Part shown: positions 10,744 to 22,737 of the stretch, piece after piece
How the letters are laid out: each line of letters begins with the position of its first letter
Numbering within the stretch: the first letter of the stretch is position 1
Assembly: GCA_001179505.1 (NCBI GenBank)
Contig: CDMY01000189.1
Location: 109,616 to 173,615 of the forward strand
DNA from: Vitrella brassicaformis CCMP3155
Lineage: Eukaryota > Protista > Chromerida
DNA: 64,000 nucleotides
Direction of reading: 5' to 3'
The notes under the pieces: model-generated
The model's database searches: none
The model's input: only the letters and a program-made list of their open reading frames with translations
What the model was told of the DNA's origin: nothing
Translations under genes and position numbers: made by a program

Positions 10744-13670
10744 ATGAACGTGAAGCGGGCCGTGAGTGCTGGAGCCCGCGTGTCCGATGCCTGTTACTTC
10801 CTCTGCATCATAGCTGGTATGTAAGCTATAGAAGTGGTGAGCACTGCAGGGCCCTGCGCTAGCTAGATGGATGCATCGCCATCGATCGATGGCCTGCCTG
10901 CCTGCCTGTGCTGTATGCTGTGTGTGCTGTGTGTGTTGTTAGGTGAAGTGATTGCTTGTGCGTTCTTCGTCGTGCTCGCGAAGCAGCTGTTTCTAGATGC
11001 GTACTTCACCTTCCCCTCCTTTTTGCATGCCCTCCTCAGCGCGCCGCTGCTCCTCCTCTCCTCGCTCAGCAAGAACGGACTCCTCATCGGCGGCCTCGGC
11101 GCTCTCAAGCACCTCTCCCACTCCGCCGCCCTTGCGGGCTTCTACACGTCTTTCCTCCAGTCACTCTCGTACAACACAGCCTCCCAGGCCACCGCAGCTC
11201 TCTACCTGACGTCCGCTGTCCTGTTTGCTCTCCGGTATAGCGACACACGGCGGCCGCTGCTGTGCCTGTTCATCGTCTGCGTGTCACTGATCGACACGAC
11301 TGGCCTGACGATGGCCACCGACAGCCCCCCGTTTCGGGAGGTGCAGTGGGTGGGCAGCGGGTGGCTGGTGCTGTCAGTTGTCTTTTTGCTGCTGACGACT
11401 ATCCATGGGCTGAGCGGGTCACGCCGGAAGCGCGTCAAGGGCGGGAGCGGGAATGTGACGCTGTCGCCGCCCACTGGGGGGAGTGGGAACGGCGGCGTGA
11501 AGAGGGGGGAGGAGGGCGATGGCGGCATCATGCCGATACCCTTCGAGCTGGGCGATGTCTTGTGGGCAGGTCAGACAGGAGCGTCTGTTTATCTGTGCGT
11601 TGCTGGAGGGTGTGCTGTGTCGTCCTCTGTGTGTGTGTGTGTGTGTCAGTCGTGTTTAGCTTGGGTTGTGACGAGTGGCGGCCTTGGGTGGCAAAGAGCA
11701 TATGGGAGTATAGGATGACGGGCATCGCCCTTCTGGGCATCCTCGGCTGCTCACTCGCGCTCATCGCTGACTCACTCCTCGCCGAACTCATCACCAAGTA
11801 ACCCCACACCCATCCATCCATCCACTCACCGTCTCCCGTGTCTGTCTGCAATGTTGATCAGGCGGCGCTTCTATTCGTCGAGCAGTAGCAGCCCCTCCCC
11901 CACCCCCCCGTCGTGGATGAGCCTCTTCCAGTCGGGGGGGCCCCCTCTGCGTGAGGAGGACCAGCCTCTGCTGTTCCTGCTCATGGGGGCCATGAAGCTC
12001 ATGGCCATCGCACTCGTCGACTACCTCCTGCTGGGCGGGGTCGGCAGCCGCGCTGCCGGTGGGTGGCCCGCCTTTGTGACGGCCTGCATGTGTGCGGCGG
12101 CGCTGCTGGTGGTGGCTATCGGGCTGGACGGACCGGTTCTTGAGACGTCAACCTATGCCCCCAGATACTTTGAGGTCAGGAAACCCACGCCATCAGAGTG
12201 GCACGGACTACGCGGACTCCCTGTTGCGTGATTGTGGTCAGGATGCCTTGTTCCTGCCGCACCATCCCGGCGGTCGCATGGCCGCTGCGGGAGGGGCGTC
12301 GCGGCAGCTGCTGCCCTTTGGCGGCTCGACATGGAGTGCGGGGGGCAACGTCAACGCACTCAGCATCGCACCACGGAAGCTGGACCTCATCACTTACGCA
12401 TGCGGTGAGTGGGGGATGAGGTGAGCACCACGGTGGCTGGCCATTCCATCCATCCATCCACTGTTTCGGGTGTGTGTGTGTGTTTGTGTTGCTCGCTCAG
12501 TTGCCGTGCTGCTGATATTCGGCGCTGCCGGGCGTCTGTCCATCCACTGCTGCCCGGCGATATGGTCGCGTGACTGGTCACCCCCCGCCCCCTCCCTGAC
12601 CTCCCCCCCTTTCAGAGACAACGCCTGTCTTCTCGAAGGCGACATCCGTCTGCTCCTCGCCCCCCAACGGCCACCAGACGGCGACTCGGCGGCCGCCACC
12701 AGCAATCGCACTGGGAGCGACGCCGACGTCGACCGTCGGTACTCGCTGTTTCGGTCAGAGGAGGCGATGGTGGCCATTGTGTTGGGTGGCGGCCTGGAGG
12801 AGGGGGGCTGGGTGCTGAGTCACGTGCCGGCGCCGCCAAGGCACCAGGTGTATGCCTACAGGCGGGACGAGCAGGCGGGGAGCAGCGCGTTGCCCTACCT
12901 GGGTGGGGAGGCCTCGCGGTATGGTGCTTGGGCAAAGTTTGTGGCTGAGCACTATGAGTGCCTTCCGGAGTGGGTGCTGCTCATGCAAGGGCATAGGTAG
13001 GTCAGTCCAGTCAGGATCAGGTGCAGTGCCGTGCCGTCCACCCGGCCAGATTGGGGCGCTGTGGTGGCTGGCTGCGTGACTGTGTGCAGGTACATCGGCT
13101 CGAAGGACCTCTCGGTGTATGTGGACGACCTCAGCTGGCTGCCGTCAGTGTCAGAGGGCGACGCCGCGCGCCTGACGGTGTGGAGCCTCACCGACAAAGA
13201 CGCCCACGCCAAACACGCGAGCGCAAGCTGGTGAGCTGGGCGGCGGATGACACAAGGCACGGCGACCGACACTCACACACACACACACACACACAGACAC
13301 AGACACAGACACAGACACACACGCGCACTCTCCCTCTCTCTGCAGGCTCCGCAACCACCACCCCGAGGTCCTGCACGCATCCAGGTACATATTCCCGTCG
13401 TCCGAGCCCCTCCCCTCCTCCCTCACCTGGCTGCCCTCCCCCAACCTCGCCGTGCACCGGTCGCAGCTGCGGAAGCGGTCACAGCGGTTCTGGAAGGGCC
13501 TCCTGCACTGGCTTGTGGCCACGAGAATCGACGATGAGTGGCCCCTGGAGGCGGGCGTGGGTGAGGACGGTTTGTCGACCAAGGAGAGGGTGGTCGAGGT
13601 GACGCTGCCGCGGATACTGCAGACATCTGTGGCCGAGATGGGGAAGGCCTGGGGACAGGCCAGGGGGTGA
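10744..13670 (+). CDS. Multipass membrane protein (weakly DMT/SLC35-like) fused to a C-terminal DUF3431-like domain
   Basis: Hydrophobic exons at 10943-11568, 11704-11797 and 11861-12174. Later exons carry GGEASRYGAWAKFVAEHYECLPEWVLLMQGH and LAVHRSQLRKRSQRFWKGLLHWL, which match the DUF3431 signature pattern. Start codon is uncertain. Confidence 0.6.
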
Positions 13671-13988
13671 GATGAGGTTGGACGGGGTGGGACGGGACGG
13701 CGGGTCTGTAGTTTGGTTTGGTCCGTTGGTTGCTTGCTTGCTGGCTGACTGGTTGTGTGTGCGTTCCTTCTTTTCCTTCATGGTTGTACAGAGAGGGTGC
13801 CTGCCTCGTGTGCGTGTGTGTGATGTGACTCAGTGACCTTAAGTGGACAGATTGACAGGCAGACAAAATAAAAGTGGCAGTACATTGTAAATTTGTTGAC
13901 CCCCAACCGCAGGTTGCTGACGTCGTGGCTCATCGATTTGGCGGCCACGCGACGGCCACAGCGCACACAGCAGATCAAGATTGCAGCA

Positions 13989-15280
13989 ATGATGACGGGT
14001 GCCGGCGGCAGCATTTTCCTTCTGGTGGTGTTGATCTTCGCCACCGTCCTGCCCCTGGCCCGTTGCCAACACGCACCTGAGGCGGATGAGGATGTTGACT
14101 ACGTGGTAGTGGGTGGCGGTGCGGCGGGCATTCCCCTGGCGTACACCCTTGCTGAAATGGGCAAGACGGTGCTGCTGATTGAGAGGGGCGGCGTGCGCAC
14201 CGAGAACAAGAGAGAAACGTATCCCATCAAGGCCTATGGCATAGAGCTCCTCAACAAGGATATCGCACAGGAAGTTTTGACATGTAGGCGACACACGCAC
14301 ACGGACACGCACAACCACACACTGTGCACGTCTGTTTGTGTGTTTGCCTTGTGCCTGCAGTGGACAAGTTCCTGACCCACGTGCCGAGCCTCCTGTGTGG
14401 GGGGACCTGCATCAACGGAGGGGTGTACATCGAGGAGACGGCCGAGTACTTCAACTTCCTCGAAGAGAAATTTGGCTCCAAGTTCGACAAACAGCTCGTC
14501 AACGCGGTATGATGACCTACCGACCGACGACTGACGGCCACGTCTTTCTCCCTGTGTATGTCATGCAGTCGTACGAGTGGGTCAGACAGCAAATTGCCCA
14601 GCCGATGGGGCTGCCCAAGGAGTACTCCGAGGCGTTGATTGGCGGTCTCACAGACCTGGACTTCAAGCCATACGTCGGCCCGTCGGTGAGCGCCACCATC
14701 GGCTCCTGGAATGGGTTCTCCATCTTTGAAAACGATGGGAAACACCTCTCGCCCGATCGGTTCCGGTTTGCGAGCGATATCCTGGCGCTGGGGGGCCTGG
14801 CTGAGCCGCCAGGGCCGCCTAGTACCCTGAAGATACTCACCCGGCATGAGGTCCTGAAGGTCGAGTTCGACACATCTGGGGAAAAGCCGAAGGCGACTTG
14901 CGTGGTTTACAGGGCGTCCCCTGGCGAGTTCGACAGGATCGACTCCCGTGCGAACGCGGGGCTGAAGACCAGACCAGGCGTCGGGGAAAAGCTGGACGTC
15001 GGCAAGGATGACGGCGACGATGGCGGCAAAGAGCTGAAGCGCGCCTGCATTAAGGAGGAGGGGGGAGAGATCTTCCTGAGTGCTGGGGCGCTGATGAGTC
15101 CGGTGATCTTGATGAACTCTGGGGTCGGGCCGAAGGATGTGGTGGAGAAGGTCATGAAGAAGAAGGGAGGCAAGCTCGTCAAGGACATCCCGCAGCTAGG
15201 TCGGCCCCTCTCTCTCCCCTTCTCTCCCTCTCTCTCTCTCTCTCTGGCTGTGCGCACACCTCTCCCCGCCCACACACACA

Positions 15281-15311
<31 letters not shown>

Positions 15312-17651
15312 GTGATTGTATGTCCACCCACCAGGCCAGAACTTACACGAGAGGTGGTCCGTGCAGTTCGGCGTCTTCTTCAAGAAGCCCGCACCGGAAA
15401 ACCCGGCGGGCGAGTTCCCCGTCACCATCACCTCGGTCAACGGAATGAAGCAGCTCCGGCTCTCTGAGGACTGTCCTGAAGACTTTGGGTGAGTGAGTAC
15501 TATGCATGGATGGATGGATCTCATCTGGAGGTGTCTGTAAGTCAGAACAAATGCGCCACTCGTGTGTGTGCAGGTTTAACACGACGCCCGAGTGCCTGTA
15601 CGTGTCTGTCGAGGAGGGCAGTGGGGCTACGTTTGCAGGCCTGGTCGTGTCCACCAGAGCTGCCTTCCCCGTTGTCATTCGCACCCTGCCGTACGTGACA
15701 CCAAGGAAGAAGATCAGAACGGACCTCGCGCAGCCAGCAAGTGTGTCTGTCTGTCTGTCTGCCTGGGTTTGTCTGTCAGGGAAGTGGACTTTCTTGCCGA
15801 CCTGCTGACAGAGTGTGTTGTGGAGAAGAGAGATACACTCCTGTGCGTCATTTTCCGGCCGACATTCGAGTGCACCGAGTAAGCCAGCGAGCAGAGCGGC
15901 CTGGTCTGGTCCGAGAGACACCACATCCTCTACAAGCGCGCCAATGTGGTTGATTGGTTCGTTCATTCAGTCGGACCGCTGGGTGGATTGCATTCCCCCC
16001 GGTGCCCAAGTCGCGGGGCTTCGTCACTGTCAGCGAGGATGGTATGCTCATATGCTCAGATACAGACAGACAGACAGACAGACGCTGGTGCTGCCCACCG
16101 GCGACTGCAATGCATTGTCCGTCGTGTGTGTGCCGACTGACACCACCCACTCAGGAGAGCCAATCGTCAAGGCCGGCTACCTCACGGACGAGGGCGGCGA
16201 GGACCTCAACACTGCCGTCCTCGGACTCGAGACGCTCCTGCGGGTACGTCAGGGAGACGGTGGATGGATGGATGGATGGCTGTGTGTCGACTGGTGTGTG
16301 TATGATGGCTCGGTACGTGTGTGTGTGTGTGCAGGTGCTGGGGAGTGGTCGCTTCGACGAGTTGCTTGATAGGCGCGGTCCGCAGTCTTGCGTCATCTAC
16401 ATCTTGAACAAGCTGGTGGACGTGCTCATCCTGACCACACGAGCGCTGCCATTCCCCTTCCCGGGAGATAAGTCCCTGGGGGTGCGCACCCGCCCACACA
16501 CCAACACACACATATTCATGTGTCTCCCTCTGTGTGTGTGTGTGTGTGTGTGTGTTGTGTCGTCAGGGGGACCTCCTGGCCGATCTCGACGAGTTATCTT
16601 TCCTCGGCAGGGAGCAGGAAAGTGACGAGGACAAGGCAGCAAGACCCAAGGGAACCGGCGACCGGACCCTGTTGCAGGATGCCCTGGTGTGGGCGGAGCT
16701 GCAGAAGCGGAAGGAGGCCGCCCTTGAAAAGAGCAGGAAGGCCTGGCGGGAGGGCAAGGGACAGGGAGAGGGGGAGGGCGACGCCGAGCCCCAGTGGAGG
16801 GGCGACAAGGGCCCGGTCGCCGATTGGCTTAGGGAACAGGTGGCCCTGGCCTCGGAGGTGCCCGCTGAGCCGGTGCGCTTAGCCACCAACCCAGTCACCG
16901 TGTTCCTGCATGGATGGATCTGGCCCCTCTCTCTCTATGTGTGTGCGTGTGTGTGATCAGGAGAGTGGTCTGGAAGACCTGAAGTGCGAGCTGGTCGACT
17001 CGGAGGAGTGCGAGAGGCGGCGGCAGCTGAAGCATGCCCAGCAATTCGCCATCCTGCCCACCCTGCCGACAGGTGACGCTTGACGTGACGCCCACAGCCA
17101 GTCGAACAGCTCAGCTCAGCCACATACCCACCCACACAAGACGAGACTTTCTGTATGGTCAGATTTGTACGACCGCGAGGAGATGGAGGGGGTCATCAAG
17201 ACGCACGGGAACGGGATGTGGCATTGGTCCGGGTAAGTAACTGAGTGACTGAGTGGGTCGGCCTGCGTCCTTGTGTGTGGGTGTATCTGGTGTATCTGGG
17301 GTGTCTGTGTCTGTGTGTGTCTTTGTTGTTGTGTGCAGGTCATCGACGATGGGCGCTGTGGTCGATGAGAAGTTCCGCGTCCACGGCATAGACAATCTGA
17401 ATATTGTCGATGCAGGAGTCTTCGGGCAGGTCCGTCAAAAGGCGTGTGTGTGTGTGTTCTGCTGACCTGCCTGTCTGCAACCCCTCTCTCTCTTTTTCTC
17501 TGTGTGTGTGTGTCTTTGTTGTGTGCTCACTGGATGGCATGGCTTGACGTGGCTGCAGGCGTCTCGAATGAACGTGCAGGCGCACAGCCTCATGGCTGGC
17601 AGAATGGCAGGCTCGCAGAGGGCGATGGAGCAGCAGGAGGACAATAGATAG
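13989..17651 (+). CDS. Secreted FAD-dependent GMC oxidoreductase (HOTHEAD/mandelonitrile lyase-like motifs)
   Basis: Signal peptide, then DYVVVGGGAAGIPLAYTLAEMGKTVLLIERGG (GxGxxG), GGTCINGGVY, FLSAGALMSPVILMNSGVGP, and C-terminal MWHWSG...VVDEKFRVHGIDNLNIVDAGVF. Confidence 0.9.
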
Positions 17652-18179
17652 ATGACCGCAGGCAGCTCAGCTGCAGAGAGACGCACATAGGGGTTTATTT
17701 GGTGCGGTCGTGTGTGTGTGTGTGTGTTTCATTCATTCATTAATTCATGCATGCATCGGTTTTTTGTCGTTCTATCGTTCTACACTCGCACGCACGACAA
17801 TCGAGAACGCAATTAAGTTACATAGCAATCGACAGGCGGTGTCTGTCTGATCTCTTTTGCTTTCATTCCTGTGTCTCTAAATCGGTCTGCCTGTCTATCT
17901 GTGTGTCTCTGTCTGTCTGTGTGTCCGCGTTGGGGGCGGGGTGGCGGGGCGGGGTGGTCATTCTCACTCACACCTTAAGACACAGAGAGAGACACCCTCG
18001 GAGAGCGAATGTGTGTGTGAGTGTGTGTGTGTCTGTGTGAGAGAATGTGCATTTGCCATTTTGTGTCAAGTCACCAGCTGATTGTCTTATTATGGTGACG
18101 CTAGCGCTATGCCGGGTGCCTGGGGCGGGTGGCGGGTGGCGGTGGGTGTCACGGCCGGCCGGCCACACACAGGTGACCT

Positions 18180-18479
18180 NNNNNNNNNNNNNNNNNNNNN
18201 NNNNNNNNNNNNNNNNNNNNNNNNNNNNNNNNNNNNNNNNNNNNNNNNNNNNNNNNNNNNNNNNNNNNNNNNNNNNNNNNNNNNNNNNNNNNNNNNNNNN
18301 NNNNNNNNNNNNNNNNNNNNNNNNNNNNNNNNNNNNNNNNNNNNNNNNNNNNNNNNNNNNNNNNNNNNNNNNNNNNNNNNNNNNNNNNNNNNNNNNNNNN
18401 NNNNNNNNNNNNNNNNNNNNNNNNNNNNNNNNNNNNNNNNNNNNNNNNNNNNNNNNNNNNNNNNNNNNNNNNNNNNNNN
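18180..18479. other. Assembly gap (300 N)
   Basis: Run of N. Confidence 1.
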
Positions 18480-18681
18480 GCGATGCTGCATTAATGACCA
18501 CCGGCCTGCGGACAACGTACTGTAAGCAGGTGGGTTAAAAATGGCCTCTCTGTCGAAAGAACGGACAGCTGAGACCATTTCTTTCATTTCTATGCATGTG
18601 CCCTGTCTGTCAGCATACATAGTGTCATATCAGTCACCAAACCACCCCCTATGCACCGCGCCCATGGTCCCACTGTCACAC

Positions 18682-19410
18682 TCACTGCCCGTCATCTTCA
18701 ACAGCAGCAGCAGCGGCGTCAACCACCGTATCGTCGTCGTAGACCAGCCGTGAGTGGGAGGCCCGCACCTCGCCGTGTCGGTTCCAGATGAGGTACTTGC
18801 CCGTGAGCACCTCACTGTGCACCGACACGCCCCCCGCCAGCTTGACGCTCGGGTACACCGCCACAGCCTTCGGGTCGATCTGGATGCCTGAAGGCAATGC
18901 CAATCAGGAAGGAGGCAATGAGAGAGAGAGAGAGAGAGAGAGAAAGCCATGCAATCAGTTCCCACAGGTGGGTGGGGGCTGACTGACTGACTGACCTGAG
19001 AGAGTGACGTCGGGAATCTCCATCAGCACCTCCGCGTAGCAGTTCACCTGCCGGATGACGACAATACCCCCCCCCCCCNNNNNNNNNNNNNNNNNNNNNN
19101 NNNNNNNNNNNNNNNNNNNNNNNNNNNNNNNNNNNNNNNNNNNNNNNNNNNNNNNNNNNNNNNNNNNNNNNNNNNNNNNNNNNNNNNNNNNNNNNNNNNN
19201 NNNNNNNNNNNNNNNNNNNNNNNNNNNNNNNNNNNNNNNNNNNNNNNNNNNNNNNNNNNNNNNNNNNNNNNNNNNNNNNNNNNNNNNNNNNNNNNNNNNN
19301 NNNNNNNNNNNNNNNNNNNNNNNNNNNNNNNNNNNNNNNNNNNNNNNNNNNNNNNNNNNNNNNNNNNNNNNNNNNNNNTGACGACAATACCCCCCCCCCC
19401 CATCCACACA

Positions 19411-19442
<32 letters not shown>

Positions 19443-21262
19443 CCGATAGGCATCCTCCCCGCCCCCGCCCCGCACTCACCCCATGCAGGAAGGGGTCTCG
19501 GGTGAACCAGCCGGAGGACGTGGCGGCAGGACAGCTCGTCGGGGGCGGTGGGGGTGGGGAGGCGGCCGCTGCTGCTGGTGGGGCTGTGGCTGTGGCTGGT
19601 GCTGTGGTGGCAGAGGTTTGACCCAGCTGCTGCTGCTGCTGGGTGGTCGTTGTCATTGTCTGCGCCAGGGTCGAGCCGCGATAGCCCTCACTAGTACTCG
19701 CCCGCACCGCCACACTGCACAAAGCCCGGCACCCAGTCACTGCTCGTGTGACATCCTCCCCTCCCTCCTTCTCACCTCTCGCTGGCCCTACCAGCAGCCA
19801 TCTGTCCATCGCCCCCAACTCCACCCGCCTCGGCCGCCACATAGTCTTTGCCGCCGATCCCACCACCACCACCACCACTGCCCTGCTGCAACTCTCCTCC
19901 ACTACTCGACGACACTGCTGCTGGTGCGGCCGCAGAGGGCGCCGCTGCTACGTCCGTCGGGCTGCTCTGGACAGCAGCAGCAGGGCTGGGAAAGGGTATG
20001 TCAGCTGTAGTAGCTCCAGCTAATGTAGCAGAGGCAGAGGCAGAGGACGGCGGCTGGGGCACGGTTGTTGTGGCCGCAGCAGCAGCAGCAGCCTCTTAAG
20101 AGACGAAGGAAGGGAACCAAGCGTGTGCACGTCTCTGTGTGGCCATCCGTCGCGCACTCACCTCTGGGCATTTCTGCCGGCTTGGAGAGAGATGGTGGCG
20201 CTGCCACGGGCACAGCACCACCACCACCAGCAGCAGCAGGAGGAGGGGCCTGAATCGGCCCGGGGGCCGGCGGCCTCATAGCAGGCAGCGACATCTCCTT
20301 TGGCAACAGCGCCGCGTGTGTCGGCCGCGCCTTAGGCGACGGCGGCGCGTCGAAGGCCAGCTCCCCCAGCAGAGTGGCCTCCACGGGCCCGCCCCGGGAC
20401 ACCAGCCCCCGGCGGCCCGCCAGGTTCCACACGATGCAGTGGTTCTGCTCGATGAGGGAGAAGGTGCCGGCGCTGCACTTGAGGTCGTGGTTGCGGATGG
20501 CCCCTCTGTGGTGGAGGGGGAGGCGGACTTGGCAGCGCGTGAAGGAGGCCGCGATGGAGGGGTGGAAGTGGATCTGTAGGAGGAGCCGCAGCTCGGTGGG
20601 GGAGAGCTCCTTGAGCTGGTAGGCGCCCTTGAGCGGGACGATGCTCGACCTGTTATATCGGTACCTGACGGTCGACAGACAGACAACATCCACTTGTGTG
20701 TGTGTGTGTGGGAGGGGGAGAGGGGGAGGGGGGAGGTGCCTGCTGAGAATGAAAGGTCCAGTGGGCGGTGTGCAGGTGATCTTGAGGATGTTGGCACTGC
20801 CCGACACGGCCTCGCTGCGGGTCGTCAGGGTGGCGCTGTTGTGCACTGCACAATGCCGCACACAGACACACACAGACACACAGTCTGTTTGCTGGGTTCC
20901 CGTCTGTGTGGGGGGTGTGTGTGTGTGCCCCAACGGGCATACCTGTGATCTGTGGAAGGTTGTTAGGCTCCCGGAGAGTGAGGGGCACACTCACCTCGGG
21001 TACGCCAGGGCTGCAGGCACTCAGACACGGACCTGCATGTGTGCCTGTACGTGTCTGTCTGTTACCGACTCACATGTCGGCGCAGCAGTGGAGCGTGCCC
21101 GAGATGAAGCACTCGTCGGGGTACTCTTCCTCTGATGAATCACACACACGCACACACACACATACACACACTCCCTCCTTCCCTCTCCCTGTGCACTGAG
21201 TCACTTCCGTAGAGGGTGCAGTTGACCGTCTCCACAATGTTCAGCGTCAGCTTCGGCTTACC

Positions 21263-21296
<34 letters not shown>

Positions 21297-22085
21297 GCCA
21301 CCACATCCACCACACACCAAGACGCATCCAGCCATCCATCCATCCGGCCATCCGGCCATCGACTCAGACAGACCTTGAATAGGAAGGGCTTCCAGGCGGG
21401 CGTCCTCTGCTGTGTGGTGAGCGCCGCGTGGGGGTCGGTTCCCTGCGGTGAGCCCTCGTGAAGCTGCTTCAGCAGCTGAGGGGTGAACATGGGGCTGCCG
21501 AAGGGCAAGGCTGACTTGATGCAGTACCTGTCGCAACCACAGTGCAGTGTGGGAGGGAGGGAGGGAGGGAGGGAGAGTTGGTTGGTGGCTCTTACTGCAG
21601 GTGGGCGATGCCGGCTGAGTCGGCGATGCTAAGGCTGGGCGGGATGAACTCGCAGATGTCCTCCAACACCTGCACACACGCATTCACACGCAGAGTACAC
21701 ACGTGGCCTGGTCTTCTCCCCTCACGTCACTCAGCTGGCTTGGCTCACCTGGAATGCAGCAGTGATCTCCGGCAGATCAATCACCTCCACCGTAGAGATG
21801 TCAGGCACCGTCTGCACCACACACACACACACATCCACCCACCAGGCGCGGCCACCCACCCTCCCCCACCGACCTCCAGCCCCACAGCAGCCACCAAGTA
21901 CACGCCCTTCTTGAAGATGAACACCACCGGCCACAAAGTGCCCTCTCCCGACGGCAGGGTGATGCAGCACACCGGCCCCGCCGGCCAGACCTGCTCCACG
22001 AACCGCTCCGAGTTGTCGTCCCAGTGGAAGGCCCCGGGGCTGAAGTCCTTCTTGAAGATCTCCGGCACCTGGGGAGGGATGTACC

Positions 22086-22120
<35 letters not shown>

Positions 22121-22493
22121 CACACAAGCAGCCACAATGAATGCAGATGTGTGTGTGTCTGTGTGTGTGTGAGACCCACTGACCTGTCTTCCTCCTCTTG
22201 CAGGATTTGTCTGTAGAAGAGGTGGTGGAAGGTCTCGTCATTGGGCAGTGGCACGTAGGACGGCCCGTGCAGGTGGCGAACGCGACTCTCTACTGTGCGG
22301 AAGCGCCTGCATGTCATTGACACACCCATCCTCCCATCCACTCATCCACTCATCCACTCATCCACAGTCCCACAACCAACAAAGGCTGTGCACGTGATGG
22401 ATGTGTGTCCTCCAACACCGCACCTTACCTGGATAGCAGCAGACGGATGTCCGTGTCGGCTCGGAAGATCCACAGACCCCGCAACGAGCACAT
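18682..22493 (-). CDS. AP5M1: AP-5 complex subunit mu (AP5M1/MUDENG-like)
   Basis: N-terminus MCSLRGLWIF...LLSRRFRTVESRVRHLHGPSYVPLPND, then WPVVFIFKKGVYLVA, a mu-homology region, and C-terminal GKYLIWN. These match AP5M1 conserved blocks. Confidence 0.8.
19079..19378. other. Assembly gap (300 N)
   Basis: Run of N with tgacgacaatacccccc repeated on both flanks. Confidence 1.
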
Positions 22494-22737
22494 CGGACGG
22501 ACGCAGCAGGGCAGATCTATCTGCGCAGATCTGACGACCCTCGCGGCGGCCGGGGATGAATCAAAACCGTTTCTCAGCTACGGCACCAGCCACGGATGCG
22601 CTGTATGAGGCTACTTACGAGGCTACCTGCGCCTTTTTCTCAGCCCCATCAGTTGCGAGCTTGGCTGTGAGATCGCGGAACCCGCCAACACGCTCCTCCG
22701 ATGGTTTGAGGCCTTGATACGACTGGATCTGACCACC

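Noticed and set aside
13262-13325. Regularly spaced CACAGA and CA repeats
   Set aside because: Simple microsatellites without unique spacers; not a CRISPR array.
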